NCBI GenBank assembly: GCA_016936435.1 | Contig: JAFGXX010000219.1 | Span: 306 to 64,305, forward strand | Source of the DNA: Bacteroidales bacterium | GTDB lineage: Bacteria; Bacteroidota; Bacteroidia; Bacteroidales; VadinHA17 | Reading direction: 5' to 3' | Length of the DNA stretch: 64,000 nucleotides | Shown here: piece by piece, positions 24,275-34,133 of the stretch | Position numbering within the stretch: the stretch's first letter is position 1 | How the letters are laid out: each line of letters begins with the position of its first letter | The notes under the pieces: model-generated | What the model was told of the DNA's origin: nothing | Databases searched by the model: none | Seen by the model: the letters and a program-made list of their open reading frames with translations, nothing else | Position numbers and translations under genes: made by a program

Positions 24275-26689
24275 TCAGTATTTCTCCGGAACGGCTTCCT
24301 TCATCATTGCGTATACTGCGTCGAATATATCTTCTGCATTGGGCTTGGAGAAATAATCACCATCTGATGTATATGCCGGCCGGTGTTCCTTGCCGGTGAG
24401 TGTCCTTGGCGGAGAATCGAGATAGTGCCAGCCGCCGTGTCTTTCGACCACTTCCTGAAGCATGAAGGCTGTAGTACCTCCGGGTACATCCTCGTCGACG
24501 AAAAGTATCCTGTTGGTTTTCTTAAGAGAATCAAGGATAATTCCCCCTGTATCGAAAGGAACCAGTGTCTGAACATCGATAAGTTCTACGGAGATGCCGT
24601 GCATAGCAAGCTGTTTCACAGCTTCTGCTGCTATCCTGACTGTCGAACCGTATGTCACAAGAGTTATATCAGTTCCCTTGTTAAGTATCTCCGGCACTCC
24701 CAGAGGTATCCTGAACTCTCCGGTGTTGTCAGGTCTTCTTTCCTTAAGTCTGTATCCGTTAAGCGGTTCGATGACCACAGCAGGGTCGTTACCTTCAAGA
24801 AGGGTATTATAGAATCCGGCAGCCCTTGTCATATCGCGTGGGGCACAAACATAAACACCGCGCACCGAGTTAATGAGCATACTCATTGGCGACCCGGAAT
24901 GCCAGATGCCTTCAAGCCTGTGTCCTCTGGTTGAAATGATCAGCGGTGCGACCATCCTTCCTGCTGTCCGGTAATGTGTCGTAGCCAGGTCGTCACTGAG
25001 GATCTGAAGTGCATACATAAGATAATCGAGATACTGTATCTCGGCAATAGGTCTCATTCCCCTGAGAGCCAATCCAATACCCTGACCGAGGATAGTGGCT
25101 TCTCTGATACCTGTATCTGTTATCCGGAGTTCCCCGAACTTTTTCTGTAATCCCTCAAGCGACTGGTTTACTCCTCCTATGTTTCCTGTATCCTCACCAA
25201 AGGTTACGAGAAGAGGATATTTCGTAAACAGCTTCTCATAATTGTCTCTCAATATCTCCCTTCCGGGCACTTCTGGTGAGTTTTCGGAGTATACAGGCTC
25301 TATGGGCGCTACCTTAAGCACCGATGTGGGTGTTTCGTTGTAAAGGAAAGTATTATAACGGAATGAAGCGTCGTCATAGTTTCGTTTTAGCCATCCGTGC
25401 AGATCTTCCCTCAGATTGTCCGATTTGTTGCATGTTTCACATACATTACGAAGGATCTTACGTGCAGCCATGAAATTATCCCTGCGTATAGGCGTTGCAA
25501 CTTTGATCAGATCCTCTGTAATGTTGTCGACAGAAGCTTCTTTGGTTGCCTCAGAACATCTGCAGCTTCTGTCGTGAATTATTTTCACGAGTGCATCCCG
25601 TTCAACCCTGACGGGTTCCTGGAACATCTCCCAGCTCTTTTTCCGTGCCTGTTTTGCTTCTTCTTCTGCTTCCGCAGCTATACCGTCAAGTTCCTCTCCG
25701 GTGGCAATATTATTTTCAATAATCCAATCCCTCATCTTAATGACAGGATCAAAATCCTTCTCCCACTTAAGCCTCTCTTCACTTTTATACCTTTCGTGCG
25801 AGCCTGAGGTGGAGTGACCCAGAGGCTGGGTAACTTCCTCGATATGAAACAATACCGGCTTATGTTCACGCCTGCATATTTCTATTCCTTCACTGTACAT
25901 CCTGATCAGGCCGGGGTAATCCCACCCTTTCCCTTTGTAGATCAGGTAGCCGGCTTTACCGGGTTCATCCTCAAATCCCCTCAGTATGTCGGAAATGCTT
26001 CCCTTTGTGGTCTGGTATTTCTTTGGCACTGAGATCCCGTAACCATCGTCATAAACCGATACTGCCATTGGAACCTGTAGAACACCGCCTGCATTGATAG
26101 TCTCCCAGAAATGTCCCTCGGAAGTGCTTGCATCACCAATGGTGCCAAAGGCCACTTCATTTCCCTGAAGTGAGAGGTTTGTGAATTTATGAAGTTCTTT
26201 GTTCTGCCGGAATAATTTTGAAGCATAAGCAAGCCCAAGCAACCTGGGCATCTGTCCGGCGGTAGGAGAAATGTCGGAGGACGAGTTTTTCTGTTTTGTA
26301 AGTTCTTTCCATGTTCCGTCGGGATTTATATTGGGAACTGAGAAATGGTTGTTGAAAACCCTTCCTCCGCTGCCAACGGGATCTATTTCCCTGTCGGTAT
26401 TACCATAAAGCTGATGAAAAAACTGAAGCGGATCGAATAGCCCCATGGCCATCATCCATGTCTGATCGCGGTAATAACCCGACCGCCAGTCACCGTCCCT
26501 GAATTGTTTTGCCATGGCAATCTGAATAATCTCCTTACCATCGCCAAAAATGCCGAATTTAGCCCTGCCCGAGAGTACCTCACGTCGTCCTATGACACTC
26601 AGGTTACGGCTTACATTAGCCAGACGGAAATCGGCAAGAACCTGTTCCCTGCTGATATTGATACCGGAAATAATATCTGTGTTATTCAT
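24275..26689 (-). CDS. Fused E1 alpha/beta 2-oxoacid dehydrogenase component (ThDP-dependent)
   Basis: 804 aa. The N-terminal half is E1-alpha-like (GTIGDASTSEG, FWETINAGG). The C-terminal half is transketolase-pyrimidine / E1-beta-like (VTFGEDTGNIGGVNQ, DTGIREATILGQGIGLAL, FVDEDVPGG). Confidence 0.8.
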   Translation of the reverse strand: MNNTDIISGINISREQVLADFRLANVSRNLSVIGRREVLSGRAKFGIFGDGKEIIQIAMAKQFRDGDWRSGYYRDQTWMMAMGLFDPLQFFHQLYGNTDREIDPVGSGGRVFNNHFSVPNINPDGTWKELTKQKNSSSDISPTAGQMPRLLGLAYASKLFRQNKELHKFTNLSLQGNEVAFGTIGDASTSEGHFWETINAGGVLQVPMAVSVYDDGYGISVPKKYQTTKGSISDILRGFEDEPGKAGYLIYKGKGWDYPGLIRMYSEGIEICRREHKPVLFHIEEVTQPLGHSTSGSHERYKSEERLKWEKDFDPVIKMRDWIIENNIATGEELDGIAAEAEEEAKQARKKSWEMFQEPVRVERDALVKIIHDRSCRCSEATKEASVDNITEDLIKVATPIRRDNFMAARKILRNVCETCNKSDNLREDLHGWLKRNYDDASFRYNTFLYNETPTSVLKVAPIEPVYSENSPEVPGREILRDNYEKLFTKYPLLVTFGEDTGNIGGVNQSLEGLQKKFGELRITDTGIREATILGQGIGLALRGMRPIAEIQYLDYLMYALQILSDDLATTHYRTAGRMVAPLIISTRGHRLEGIWHSGSPMSMLINSVRGVYVCAPRDMTRAAGFYNTLLEGNDPAVVIEPLNGYRLKERRPDNTGEFRIPLGVPEILNKGTDITLVTYGSTVRIAAEAVKQLAMHGISVELIDVQTLVPFDTGGIILDSLKKTNRILFVDEDVPGGTTAFMLQEVVERHGGWHYLDSPPRTLTGKEHRPAYTSDGDYFSKPNAEDIFDAVYAMMKEAVPEKY

Positions 26690-26777
26690 AATATGTATTA
26701 CAAAATAAATTTAACGTTTTTGCATTCATTAAACAAATAACAGAGCCGGTTGTTTAACAGAAAGAGAAATTGATCAT

Positions 26778-26785
26778 TATATTTG
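26778..26785 (+). promoter_or_regulatory. Candidate -7 box (TATATTTG), flanked by a direct repeat ATTGATCAT
   Basis: TAnnTTTG match 69 nt upstream of the ATG at 26854. The sequence attgatcat occurs on both sides of it. Confidence 0.3.
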
Positions 26786-26853
26786 AGCATTGTATTGATC
26801 ATCCGCCGGAAAATGAAGCTATAAATTCAAAAAAAAGATCAGGTTAAAGAAAC

Positions 26854-27105
26854 ATGTTCATAAAATTACTTATACTAAGCGGGATAATTCTGATCATTGC
26901 CTTTGTATTTATGGCGGTCAGGATTCTCTTTAAGCCCGGAGGGCGCTTCCCTGAGATACACGTGGGCCGTAACAGGGAGTTGAGAAAAAGGGGTATTTCC
27001 TGTGCCAGGACTACCGACACAGGATGTAATCCCGTTGACAGCACTGACGGGTGTCCGACCTGTGGTATCAGAGGCAGCCAGATCAACTTTTTCAGCGAAC
27101 CCTGA
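26854..27105 (+). CDS. Small single-pass membrane protein with a 4-Cys C-terminal motif
   Basis: 83 aa. N-terminal TM helix FIKLLILSGIILIIAFVFMAVRILF, a basic stretch, then ISCARTTDTGCNPVDSTDGCPTCG. It has its own promoter-like box and converges on apbE. The overlapping minus-strand ORF 26844-27086 has no such features. Confidence 0.5.
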   Translation: MFIKLLILSGIILIIAFVFMAVRILFKPGGRFPEIHVGRNRELRKRGISCARTTDTGCNPVDSTDGCPTCGIRGSQINFFSEP

Positions 27106-27138
27106 GCAAGCGGGTCTGAATATACGGAAAAAGGGGGT

Positions 27139-28164
27139 TTACTGCTGAGAAATAAATTCTTCCATGCTCTCAGTCATCCATGTTCTGAAATTGCCTTCAT
27201 AGTCGGAAAACACGAGGTAAGCATCATATTCGGGATGACGCTCCAGGAATTCTATCGTTTTATCCTTACCCATTACCATACAGGCTGTCGCAACAGCGTC
27301 GGCAGTGGAACAGTCGGACGCGAGTATTGTTGCGCTCAGCAGCGTGTTACGGGCCGGATAACCTGTACGGGGATCGATGGTATGAGAATATTTGATCCCG
27401 TCCTCAACGTAAAATTTACGGTAATTACCCGAAGTTGCCAGCGAGCGGTCTTTCATTTCAATCACGGCTGTAAGATCCTGCCCCGGTGTAAAATTATTTT
27501 CTACAGGTCTGTCGATCCCTATCCTCCATAATGAGCCGTTTTTGTCACCCCTGACCCTCACTTCACCCCCGATCTCTACAAGGAAGCTGCCTATACCTGA
27601 TTCTTCGAGATAAGAAGCTACTACATCGACGGCATACCCTTGTGCTATTGCGTTAAAATCGAGCATTATACGTGCATCCTCCTTAAGTATTTCTCCATTT
27701 TTGAGAACCACTTTATCCATTCCGACGAGATTACGGAGACTGTCTATCACTTCGGGATCAAAGTTACGATGCTCATCAGGTCCAAAGCCCCATGCCCTTA
27801 CAAGAGGGCCTACAGTTATATCAAAGGAACCGCCGGTAAGCCAGTATATTTCCTTCGATCGTTGGAAAACGTCGACAAACCACTTGTCGGGCCTCGCCTT
27901 TTCATTACGGTTAATCTTCGAAACGATAGAAGAGTCTTCGTAAAGAGACAGTGACATATCGAAACGGGCAAATATCCTTTCAACTTCTGCTTTAAGTTCT
28001 GAAGGGTCTCTGCCATCATTATTCTCAAATACCACACTGTAGGTTGTGCCCTGTGTTGTGCCTGTAAATCGTGAATATTCTTTCTCTGGGGCGCATGAAG
28101 AAAGGAGAAAAAATATCAGCGCAAGATAAATTCCTTCCTTTAATATCTTAACGGTAAAATACAT
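27139..28164 (-). CDS. apbE: FAD:protein FMN transferase (flavin-trafficking lipoprotein)
   Basis: The start at 28164 gives lipobox MYFTVKILKEGIYLALIFFLLSS|C and leaves 4 nt after the nqrF stop. Motifs AIAQGYAVD, SGNYRKF and HTIDPRTGYP. Last gene of the nqr operon. Confidence 0.85.
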   Translation of the reverse strand: MYFTVKILKEGIYLALIFFLLSSCAPEKEYSRFTGTTQGTTYSVVFENNDGRDPSELKAEVERIFARFDMSLSLYEDSSIVSKINRNEKARPDKWFVDVFQRSKEIYWLTGGSFDITVGPLVRAWGFGPDEHRNFDPEVIDSLRNLVGMDKVVLKNGEILKEDARIMLDFNAIAQGYAVDVVASYLEESGIGSFLVEIGGEVRVRGDKNGSLWRIGIDRPVENNFTPGQDLTAVIEMKDRSLATSGNYRKFYVEDGIKYSHTIDPRTGYPARNTLLSATILASDCSTADAVATACMVMGKDKTIEFLERHPEYDAYLVFSDYEGNFRTWMTESMEEFISQQ

Positions 28165-28168
28165 TGTT

Positions 28169-29422
28169 CTATACCCCGAAATCGTCAAAAGAGATATTCT
28201 CCTGTGGTACACCAAGGCTGTCGAGCATTTTTATAACAGCGTTATTCATCATCGGGGGGCCGCAGAAATAGTATTCAAAATCTTCCGGCTCGTCACACTT
28301 ACAGAGATAGTTTTCGAGCAGTACCTTGTGAATGAATCCTGTGTAACCGGTCCAGTTATCTTCAGGCAGAGGTTCGGAAAGAGCGAGGTTGAAAGTGAAG
28401 TTGGGGAATTCTTTCTCTATTGCCCTGAATTCATCCTCATAGAAAACCTCCCGCAGGGAACGTGCTCCATACCAGTACGATACCCTTCGGTTTGTTTTCA
28501 ATGTTTTGAAAAGATGGAATATGTGTGAGCGTAGAGGAGCCATGCCTGCACCTCCTCCTATATAGACCATTTCTGATCCGGTATCCTTGATATGAAACTC
28601 ACCATAAGGTCCTGATATTGAAACTTTATCACCCGGTTTCCTTGAAAAGATATATGAGGAACAGATACCCGGAGGTACTTTTATAAACTCATTTTTTGTA
28701 TTATCCCAGGGTGGCGTTGCGATCCTGATATTTAGTTTTATAAGGTTTTTCTCCGCCGGATAATTTGCCATCGAATAAGCCCTGAAAGTCTCCTCTGAAT
28801 TTTTTATCGACAGATCCCACATTGAATACTGGTCCCAGTCTGCCCTATACTCGTCTTCGATGATGAAGTCCCTGAATGATGTCTGGTATTTCGGAACGTC
28901 GATCTGGATATATCCGCCGGGGTCAAAATTAAGTTCTTCTCCTTCCGGGAGTCTGACGACAAATTCCTTGATAAAGGTTGCTACATTTCTGTTAGAGACG
29001 ACCTCACATTCCCATTTTCTGATTCCGAGAACTGATTCAGGCAGTTTTATTTTCATGTCCTGCCTTATTTTTACCTGGCAGCCAAGTCTCCAGTGGTCCT
29101 GCTGTTCCTTCCTGGTAAAGAAGCCTGTCTCAGTAGGGAGTATGGATCCACCACCTTCGAAGACCTGGCATTTGCACATCCCGCATGTGCCACCACCACC
29201 ACAGGCTGAAGGCAGGTAAATCCCGTTGTTCGAAAGGGTGAAAAGAAGATTTGATCCCGGCGAAACAGTTATCTCCCTGTCATTGATCTTAAGTTTTACA
29301 TCTCCTTTTGGTGTCAGTTTATCGCGGGCAAAAAGTAGAAGAGCGACAAGCAGCAGGGTGATTATAAGAAAAACAACTATACTTAGCAGAGTCGTTACAA
29401 TGGTCGAAAATCCTATTATCAT
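28169..29422 (-). CDS. nqrF: Na+-translocating NADH:quinone oxidoreductase subunit F
   Basis: N-terminal TM helix, 2Fe-2S ferredoxin motif [15 protein letters not shown] site RAYSMANYP, and an NADH-binding domain GGGAGMAP. Confidence 0.95.
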   Translation of the reverse strand: MIIGFSTIVTTLLSIVVFLIITLLLVALLLFARDKLTPKGDVKLKINDREITVSPGSNLLFTLSNNGIYLPSACGGGGTCGMCKCQVFEGGGSILPTETGFFTRKEQQDHWRLGCQVKIRQDMKIKLPESVLGIRKWECEVVSNRNVATFIKEFVVRLPEGEELNFDPGGYIQIDVPKYQTSFRDFIIEDEYRADWDQYSMWDLSIKNSEETFRAYSMANYPAEKNLIKLNIRIATPPWDNTKNEFIKVPPGICSSYIFSRKPGDKVSISGPYGEFHIKDTGSEMVYIGGGAGMAPLRSHIFHLFKTLKTNRRVSYWYGARSLREVFYEDEFRAIEKEFPNFTFNLALSEPLPEDNWTGYTGFIHKVLLENYLCKCDEPEDFEYYFCGPPMMNNAVIKMLDSLGVPQENISFDDFGV

Positions 29423-29438
29423 GATATCATAATAACGA

Positions 29439-30056
29439 TTAAAGGTTAATACCCATAAAACCCATGAAAGCGATAGCCATCAGTCCGGTTAAAATGAAGG
29501 TAATACCCAGCCCTCTCAGTGGTGCCGGCACATTGCTGTATTTCATTTTCTCTCTGATGGCAGCTATTCCCGCTATAGCCAGAAACCAGCCTATGCCTGA
29601 TCCGAGTCCGAATACGGTAGCTTCTGCAATATTTTGATATTCACGCTCCTGCATAAAGAGTGAGGCTCCAAGGATGGCACAGTTTACAGCGATAAGCGGA
29701 AGAAAGATACCAAGTGAATTATACAGAGAAGGACTGAATTTTTCCACGATCATTTCAACGAGCTGGACCATGGCGGCTATCATTGCAATAAATACCATGA
29801 AGGTAAGAAAACTGAGATCTACATCTGCAAATCCTTCCCCGAGCCAGGCCAGAGCTCCTTTATCGAGAACATATTTTTCGAGAAGATAATTGACAGGCAC
29901 GGTGATCACAAGTACAAATATCACTGCCACGCCAAGACCTATTGCCGTCTTTACACTTTTTGACACTGCAAGGTATGAGCACATACCCAGGAAAAAGGCG
30001 AAGACCATGTTCTCGACAAAAATCGACTTTATGAATATATTGAGCAGATTTTCCAT
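29439..30056 (-). CDS. nqrE: Na+-NQR subunit E
   Basis: 205-aa polytopic protein. [21 protein letters not shown] and NCAILG. Position within the nqr operon. Confidence 0.9.
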   Translation of the reverse strand: MENLLNIFIKSIFVENMVFAFFLGMCSYLAVSKSVKTAIGLGVAVIFVLVITVPVNYLLEKYVLDKGALAWLGEGFADVDLSFLTFMVFIAMIAAMVQLVEMIVEKFSPSLYNSLGIFLPLIAVNCAILGASLFMQEREYQNIAEATVFGLGSGIGWFLAIAGIAAIREKMKYSNVPAPLRGLGITFILTGLMAIAFMGFMGINL

Positions 30057-30068
30057 GACGCTGTCGTT

Positions 30069-30719
30069 TTATTTCTCGATAAGACTTTTATTCCTGCTAC
30101 GCTGTACCCATATTATAAGGCCTACCACAATAAGGGCCATGGGAGGAAGTATCATCATTCCGTTGTTCTCATAGCCGATTGAATAGGCACCTATTTTTTC
30201 CATTACCGGATATCCCATCAGGGTTCCCGATCCCAGTAACTCCCTGAAAAAGGCCACAATAATGAGTATCAGACCGTAGCCTGCTCCGTTTCCCAGGCCG
30301 TCAATAAAAGAAGGCCATGGTTTATTAGCCATTGCAAAAGCTTCGAGGCGCCCCATTATTATACAATTCGTTATTATGAGTCCCACAAAAACGGAAAGCT
30401 GCTTGCTTACGTCAAAAGCATAGGCCTTCAGCACCTGGTCGACAAGTATCACCAGGGTGGCTATAACAACAAGCTGCACTATAATTCTTATCCTGTCGGG
30501 TATAAAATTACGGATCGCTGAAATTACCACATTTGATACCGCTATCACGATCACAACCGACAGGGCCATGACCAGTGCCGGTTTAAGTTTTACCGTGACA
30601 GCCAGAGCAGAGCATATCCCGAGAACCTGAACGGTGATGGGGTTGTTTTTATCCAGCTGATCGGTAAACAACTTCAGGTTCTTTGCTGAGAAAAGAGGTT
30701 CTTTTGTGATGTTGTTCAT
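30069..30719 (-). CDS. nqrD: Na+-NQR subunit D
   Basis: [18 protein letters not shown] and ITNCIIMGR. 216-aa membrane protein. Operon position. Confidence 0.9.
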   Translation of the reverse strand: MNNITKEPLFSAKNLKLFTDQLDKNNPITVQVLGICSALAVTVKLKPALVMALSVVIVIAVSNVVISAIRNFIPDRIRIIVQLVVIATLVILVDQVLKAYAFDVSKQLSVFVGLIITNCIIMGRLEAFAMANKPWPSFIDGLGNGAGYGLILIIVAFFRELLGSGTLMGYPVMEKIGAYSIGYENNGMMILPPMALIVVGLIIWVQRSRNKSLIEK

Positions 30720-30722
30720 ATC

Positions 30723-31424
30723 CTATATCCTGTTTTTCAGTAGGTAATCACTATATTTTATGATGCAGTCGTAGAGCATATTTTCAAGTCCCTTGCTTGT
30801 GATGGTCCCGCCCGATATGGCATCAACGCCATGAATATCACCCTCGTCAGCTCCTCCCTTATGGACAATGACCGAGGTAAAACTGTCATTGTCGAACAGT
30901 TTTTTGCCGATAAACATTTCTTCAAACCATGAAGTATTTATCTCTGCACCCAGGCCGGGAGTCTCGCCTTTATGATCGAAGGTAACTCCGTAGATGGTGT
31001 TCATATCAGATTTTATTGAGACATAACCGAATATCGGACCCCACAAACCTTTGCCTTCCACAGGCAGTATAATAACCTGCTCACCGCTCTGTGACACAGC
31101 CCTGAATACCGGAAGATATTGTTCTTCAGCAGGTTTTCTTTGTTCATTTTTCAGCACAACGGAAAATGCGTCAACTCCTTCAATATTCTGACCTCCGGAG
31201 TTTATGACGAAGCTCTCCGTGATGTGTTTTGCATATAATTCCACGCTGTTCTCTCTGTCAGCCTGAATTCCTATTGATTCCAGCATGCTTTTTTTCTTTT
31301 CGATCTCGAGGTTTCTTGCCTGCGCCGGCTGAAGAAGGGTAGCAGCAAGTGAAAGCAGAGTCGCAACTATCACTACCATTACCGTCGAGAATATGAAGAT
31401 ATATCTGTTACTGAAATGCTTCAT
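30723..31424 (-). CDS. nqrC: Na+-NQR subunit C
   Basis: N-terminal anchor, GKGLWGPIFGYVSI, and FMN attachment motif ISGGTITS. Confidence 0.9.
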   Translation of the reverse strand: MKHFSNRYIFIFSTVMVVIVATLLSLAATLLQPAQARNLEIEKKKSMLESIGIQADRENSVELYAKHITESFVINSGGQNIEGVDAFSVVLKNEQRKPAEEQYLPVFRAVSQSGEQVIILPVEGKGLWGPIFGYVSIKSDMNTIYGVTFDHKGETPGLGAEINTSWFEEMFIGKKLFDNDSFTSVIVHKGGADEGDIHGVDAISGGTITSKGLENMLYDCIIKYSDYLLKNRI

Positions 31425-31429
31425 CTTGA

Positions 31430-32599
31430 TTAATTGTTAGTTGCTAACTTCGTTCTTGCAAGTCTTTTTCTGATATGCGACTGAATAATGAAATAGTCGA
31501 TCAGAGGTGCGAACAGATTCATAAGAAGTATCGCCAGCATAACTCCTTCGGGATATGCAGGGTTAAGTACCCTGAACAGAACCGAGAGTATTCCGATAAG
31601 CAATCCATATATCCATTTTCCTTTTTCTGTCTGAGAGGCAGTAACAGGGTCGGTTGCCATGAACACAGTACCAAAAGCAAAGCCGCCCATCACAAGGTGA
31701 TAGTAGAAGGGTAGCTCCATGTAAGCGTTAACTGCAGTAGCATTAAGTATCAATCCCATCCCTGCTCCTCCGGCCAGCACCGAGATCATGATCTTCCAGC
31801 TTCCCACGCCGGTCACAAGGAGGATAAGTGCACCTATAAGAACCGCTATCGTCGATGTTTCACCAACCGAGCCCGGGATAGTCCCTATGAACATATCAAG
31901 GAAAGATGGCAGATCTGCGGTGTCGCCAGCTGCGCAGAGAGCCAGAGGTGTCGCCCCCGAAAAACCGTCTGCCACGCTGATACCTTTTGTAAGTCCTGCG
32001 GTCCATACCTTGTCTCCTGTCATCCATCCCGGATAGTTAAAAAAGAGAAAGGCCCTTGCCAGCAGCGCCGGATTAAAAATATTCATGCCTGTACCCCCGA
32101 ATATCTCTTTCCCGAGAATAACGGCAAATGCCACCGAGATAGCCAGCATCCACAAAGGTATGTCTACAGGTACTATCAGTGGTATCAGAATCCCGGTTAC
32201 CAGATAGCCCTCATTGATCTCATGTCCCCTGATCTGCGCAGCTATGAATTCTATTCCGAGACCTACAACATAGCTTACTATTATAAGAGGAAGTATCTTC
32301 AGTAAGCCGAACCAGAAAGACTGCATTATTCCGGCTTCAGCTCCCATGGCCCTGAAATGCTGTAATCCCGTATTATAGGCTCCGAAAAGAAGGACGGGAA
32401 TAAGTGAAATTACAACCACTATCATCGTACGCTTCAGGTCGAGGCTGTCCCTGACGTGCGATCCCCTGAACGTTACTTTGTCAGGAACAAACATAAAAGT
32501 CTCAAATCCTTCAAAAACAGACCGGAATTTTGAGAACCTTCCACCCTCCTCAAAATGGGGTTTGATTTTGTCTATCTTTTTTCGTAAGGAATCCATCAT
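31430..32599 (-). CDS. nqrB: Na+-NQR subunit B
   Basis: KIKPHFEEGGRFSKF and FMN attachment motif FSGATPLAL. Polytopic. Confidence 0.9.
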   Translation of the reverse strand: MMDSLRKKIDKIKPHFEEGGRFSKFRSVFEGFETFMFVPDKVTFRGSHVRDSLDLKRTMIVVVISLIPVLLFGAYNTGLQHFRAMGAEAGIMQSFWFGLLKILPLIIVSYVVGLGIEFIAAQIRGHEINEGYLVTGILIPLIVPVDIPLWMLAISVAFAVILGKEIFGGTGMNIFNPALLARAFLFFNYPGWMTGDKVWTAGLTKGISVADGFSGATPLALCAAGDTADLPSFLDMFIGTIPGSVGETSTIAVLIGALILLVTGVGSWKIMISVLAGGAGMGLILNATAVNAYMELPFYYHLVMGGFAFGTVFMATDPVTASQTEKGKWIYGLLIGILSVLFRVLNPAYPEGVMLAILLMNLFAPLIDYFIIQSHIRKRLARTKLATNN

Positions 32600-32617
32600 C
32601 TGAATATTCTCTTATAA

Positions 32618-33970
32618 CTAGCTCATTTCCTTTATCATCAACTCAAGGCCTTTCCTGATCACCGACTGAATCTCAATCTTCGAAGGACAAATGAATTCAC
32701 AAAGGGCGAAGTCTTCTTCTGCAACTTCATAAATACCAAGGTTTTCCATTGAATCAATATCTTCGGCAATTATAGCTTTTAACAGCTGCATGGGGTAAAT
32801 ATCCATTGGAAGAACTTTTTCATACTTACCGGTAAGAACAAAAGCTCTTTCACCACCATGAAAATTCGTGTCGAGCCTGTAATCGCGTGAGGGAAGCAGA
32901 CTCGAAAGAAATGTTCTGTGAAAGCTGAATTTTTTCAGTCCCGGACTTGCCCAGCCGAAAAATTCGAAATAATCACCTTCGGGAATTACCGTGATCTGTG
33001 AATCGTAAAAACCAAGATAGCCGTCGGAAGCTATTTTTGACCCTGTGAGGACGTTACCACTGATATACCTCATGTTGCCGGGTTTAACATTTTCCTTTAC
33101 AAGCGGGGTAACGGAAGATCCTGCAAGAACCTTGTGATAACGGGGGTTAATGACTTCCGACCCGGTAAGTGCAATTATCCTTTCCGGCCTGTAAACGCCT
33201 TCCATAAAAAGGATACCTGCAGTTACCACATCCTGAAGGTTGATATACCACACCTTTTCTCCCTTGTTCACCGGGTCGAGATGATGAATATGAATCCCGA
33301 CATTGCCTGCAGGATGGGGTCCGGAGAAATATGAAATTTCAACTCCCTCAGCTTCAGAGAGTACCTGTGAAGGTTTGCATGCTCCATTCAGAACCAGATA
33401 TACTTTGCCATCGGTAAGTTTGGCAAGTGTCTTCAGTCCTGTACGAAATGCCTCAGACTGAAAATTGTCAGCTATAAAATTATAGTCGGGAGCAAGAGGT
33501 GCGGAATCAAAGCCTGATATGAATATTGATTTTGGCACATCGCCAGGGTCAGCAACGATATGGTAAGGTCTCTGTCTCAAAGCCGGCCACAGGCCTGATG
33601 AAAGAAGACTTTTCTTAATCTCATCCCTGTTTAGTGATGCGGGGTCTGCCCTGCGAAAAGAGAAAGACTCATTACCTTCTTTTTCGATTACTACCTGTAG
33701 TATCTTGCGTCTGTCGCCACGCTCAACCGAGAGCACTTTGCCACTTACAGGCGAAGTAAAGACAATATCCGGCCTGATTTTGTCATGAAACAGCGGCGAC
33801 CCGGCCTGAACATTGTCCCCGCTTTTTGCAATAAGCTTCGGGATCAATCCGGGAAAATCAACTGGTCTGACAGCAAACAATGAAGGTTCAGCAGCTTCTG
33901 CCAAAACCTTTTCAGCAATTCCCCTGATCCGGATGTCTAATCCCTTCTTCAGCTTTATGGATCTGGTCAT
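32618..33970 (-). CDS. nqrA: Na+-NQR subunit A
   Basis: 450-aa soluble subunit. IKLKKGLDIRIRG N-terminus. First gene of the operon. Confidence 0.9.
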   Translation of the reverse strand: MTRSIKLKKGLDIRIRGIAEKVLAEAAEPSLFAVRPVDFPGLIPKLIAKSGDNVQAGSPLFHDKIRPDIVFTSPVSGKVLSVERGDRRKILQVVIEKEGNESFSFRRADPASLNRDEIKKSLLSSGLWPALRQRPYHIVADPGDVPKSIFISGFDSAPLAPDYNFIADNFQSEAFRTGLKTLAKLTDGKVYLVLNGACKPSQVLSEAEGVEISYFSGPHPAGNVGIHIHHLDPVNKGEKVWYINLQDVVTAGILFMEGVYRPERIIALTGSEVINPRYHKVLAGSSVTPLVKENVKPGNMRYISGNVLTGSKIASDGYLGFYDSQITVIPEGDYFEFFGWASPGLKKFSFHRTFLSSLLPSRDYRLDTNFHGGERAFVLTGKYEKVLPMDIYPMQLLKAIIAEDIDSMENLGIYEVAEEDFALCEFICPSKIEIQSVIRKGLELMIKEMS

Positions 33971-34033
33971 CTAAAAACAGGTTTTAGTAATATTCTGGGA
34001 GAATAAAGTTCCGTTAATAAAATAACACAGCTA

Positions 34034-34041
34034 CAAAAGTA
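34034..34041 (-). promoter_or_regulatory. Candidate -7 box for the nqr operon (CAAAAGTA on the + strand, TACTTTTG on the - strand)
   Basis: TAnnTTTG match on the minus strand, 64 nt upstream of the nqrA start at 33970. Confidence 0.35.
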
Positions 34042-34099
34042 AAAATAGCATCCTATTTTACATCATCAAATAGTTATTATGACAATTTATTTTTTGCAC

Positions 34100-34107
34100 T
34101 ATTTTTG
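34100..34107 (+). promoter_or_regulatory. Candidate -7 box (TATTTTTG)
   Basis: TAnnTTTG match 27 nt upstream of the ATG at 34134. Confidence 0.35.
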
Positions 34108-34133
34108 TTCATAACCATGAAGCTGATGTTCAT

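Noticed and set aside
26844-27086. 80-aa minus-strand ORF overlapping the small Cys-rich ORF
   Set aside because: It has no promoter box, TM or Cys logic. The plus-strand ORF has a clean TM helix and a 4-Cys motif and is preceded by a TAnnTTTG box. Neither is proven.
28165-28215. Longer apbE start overlapping nqrF
   Set aside because: The ATG at 28164 yields a proper lipoprotein signal peptide (LLSS|C) and avoids a 47-nt overlap with nqrF.
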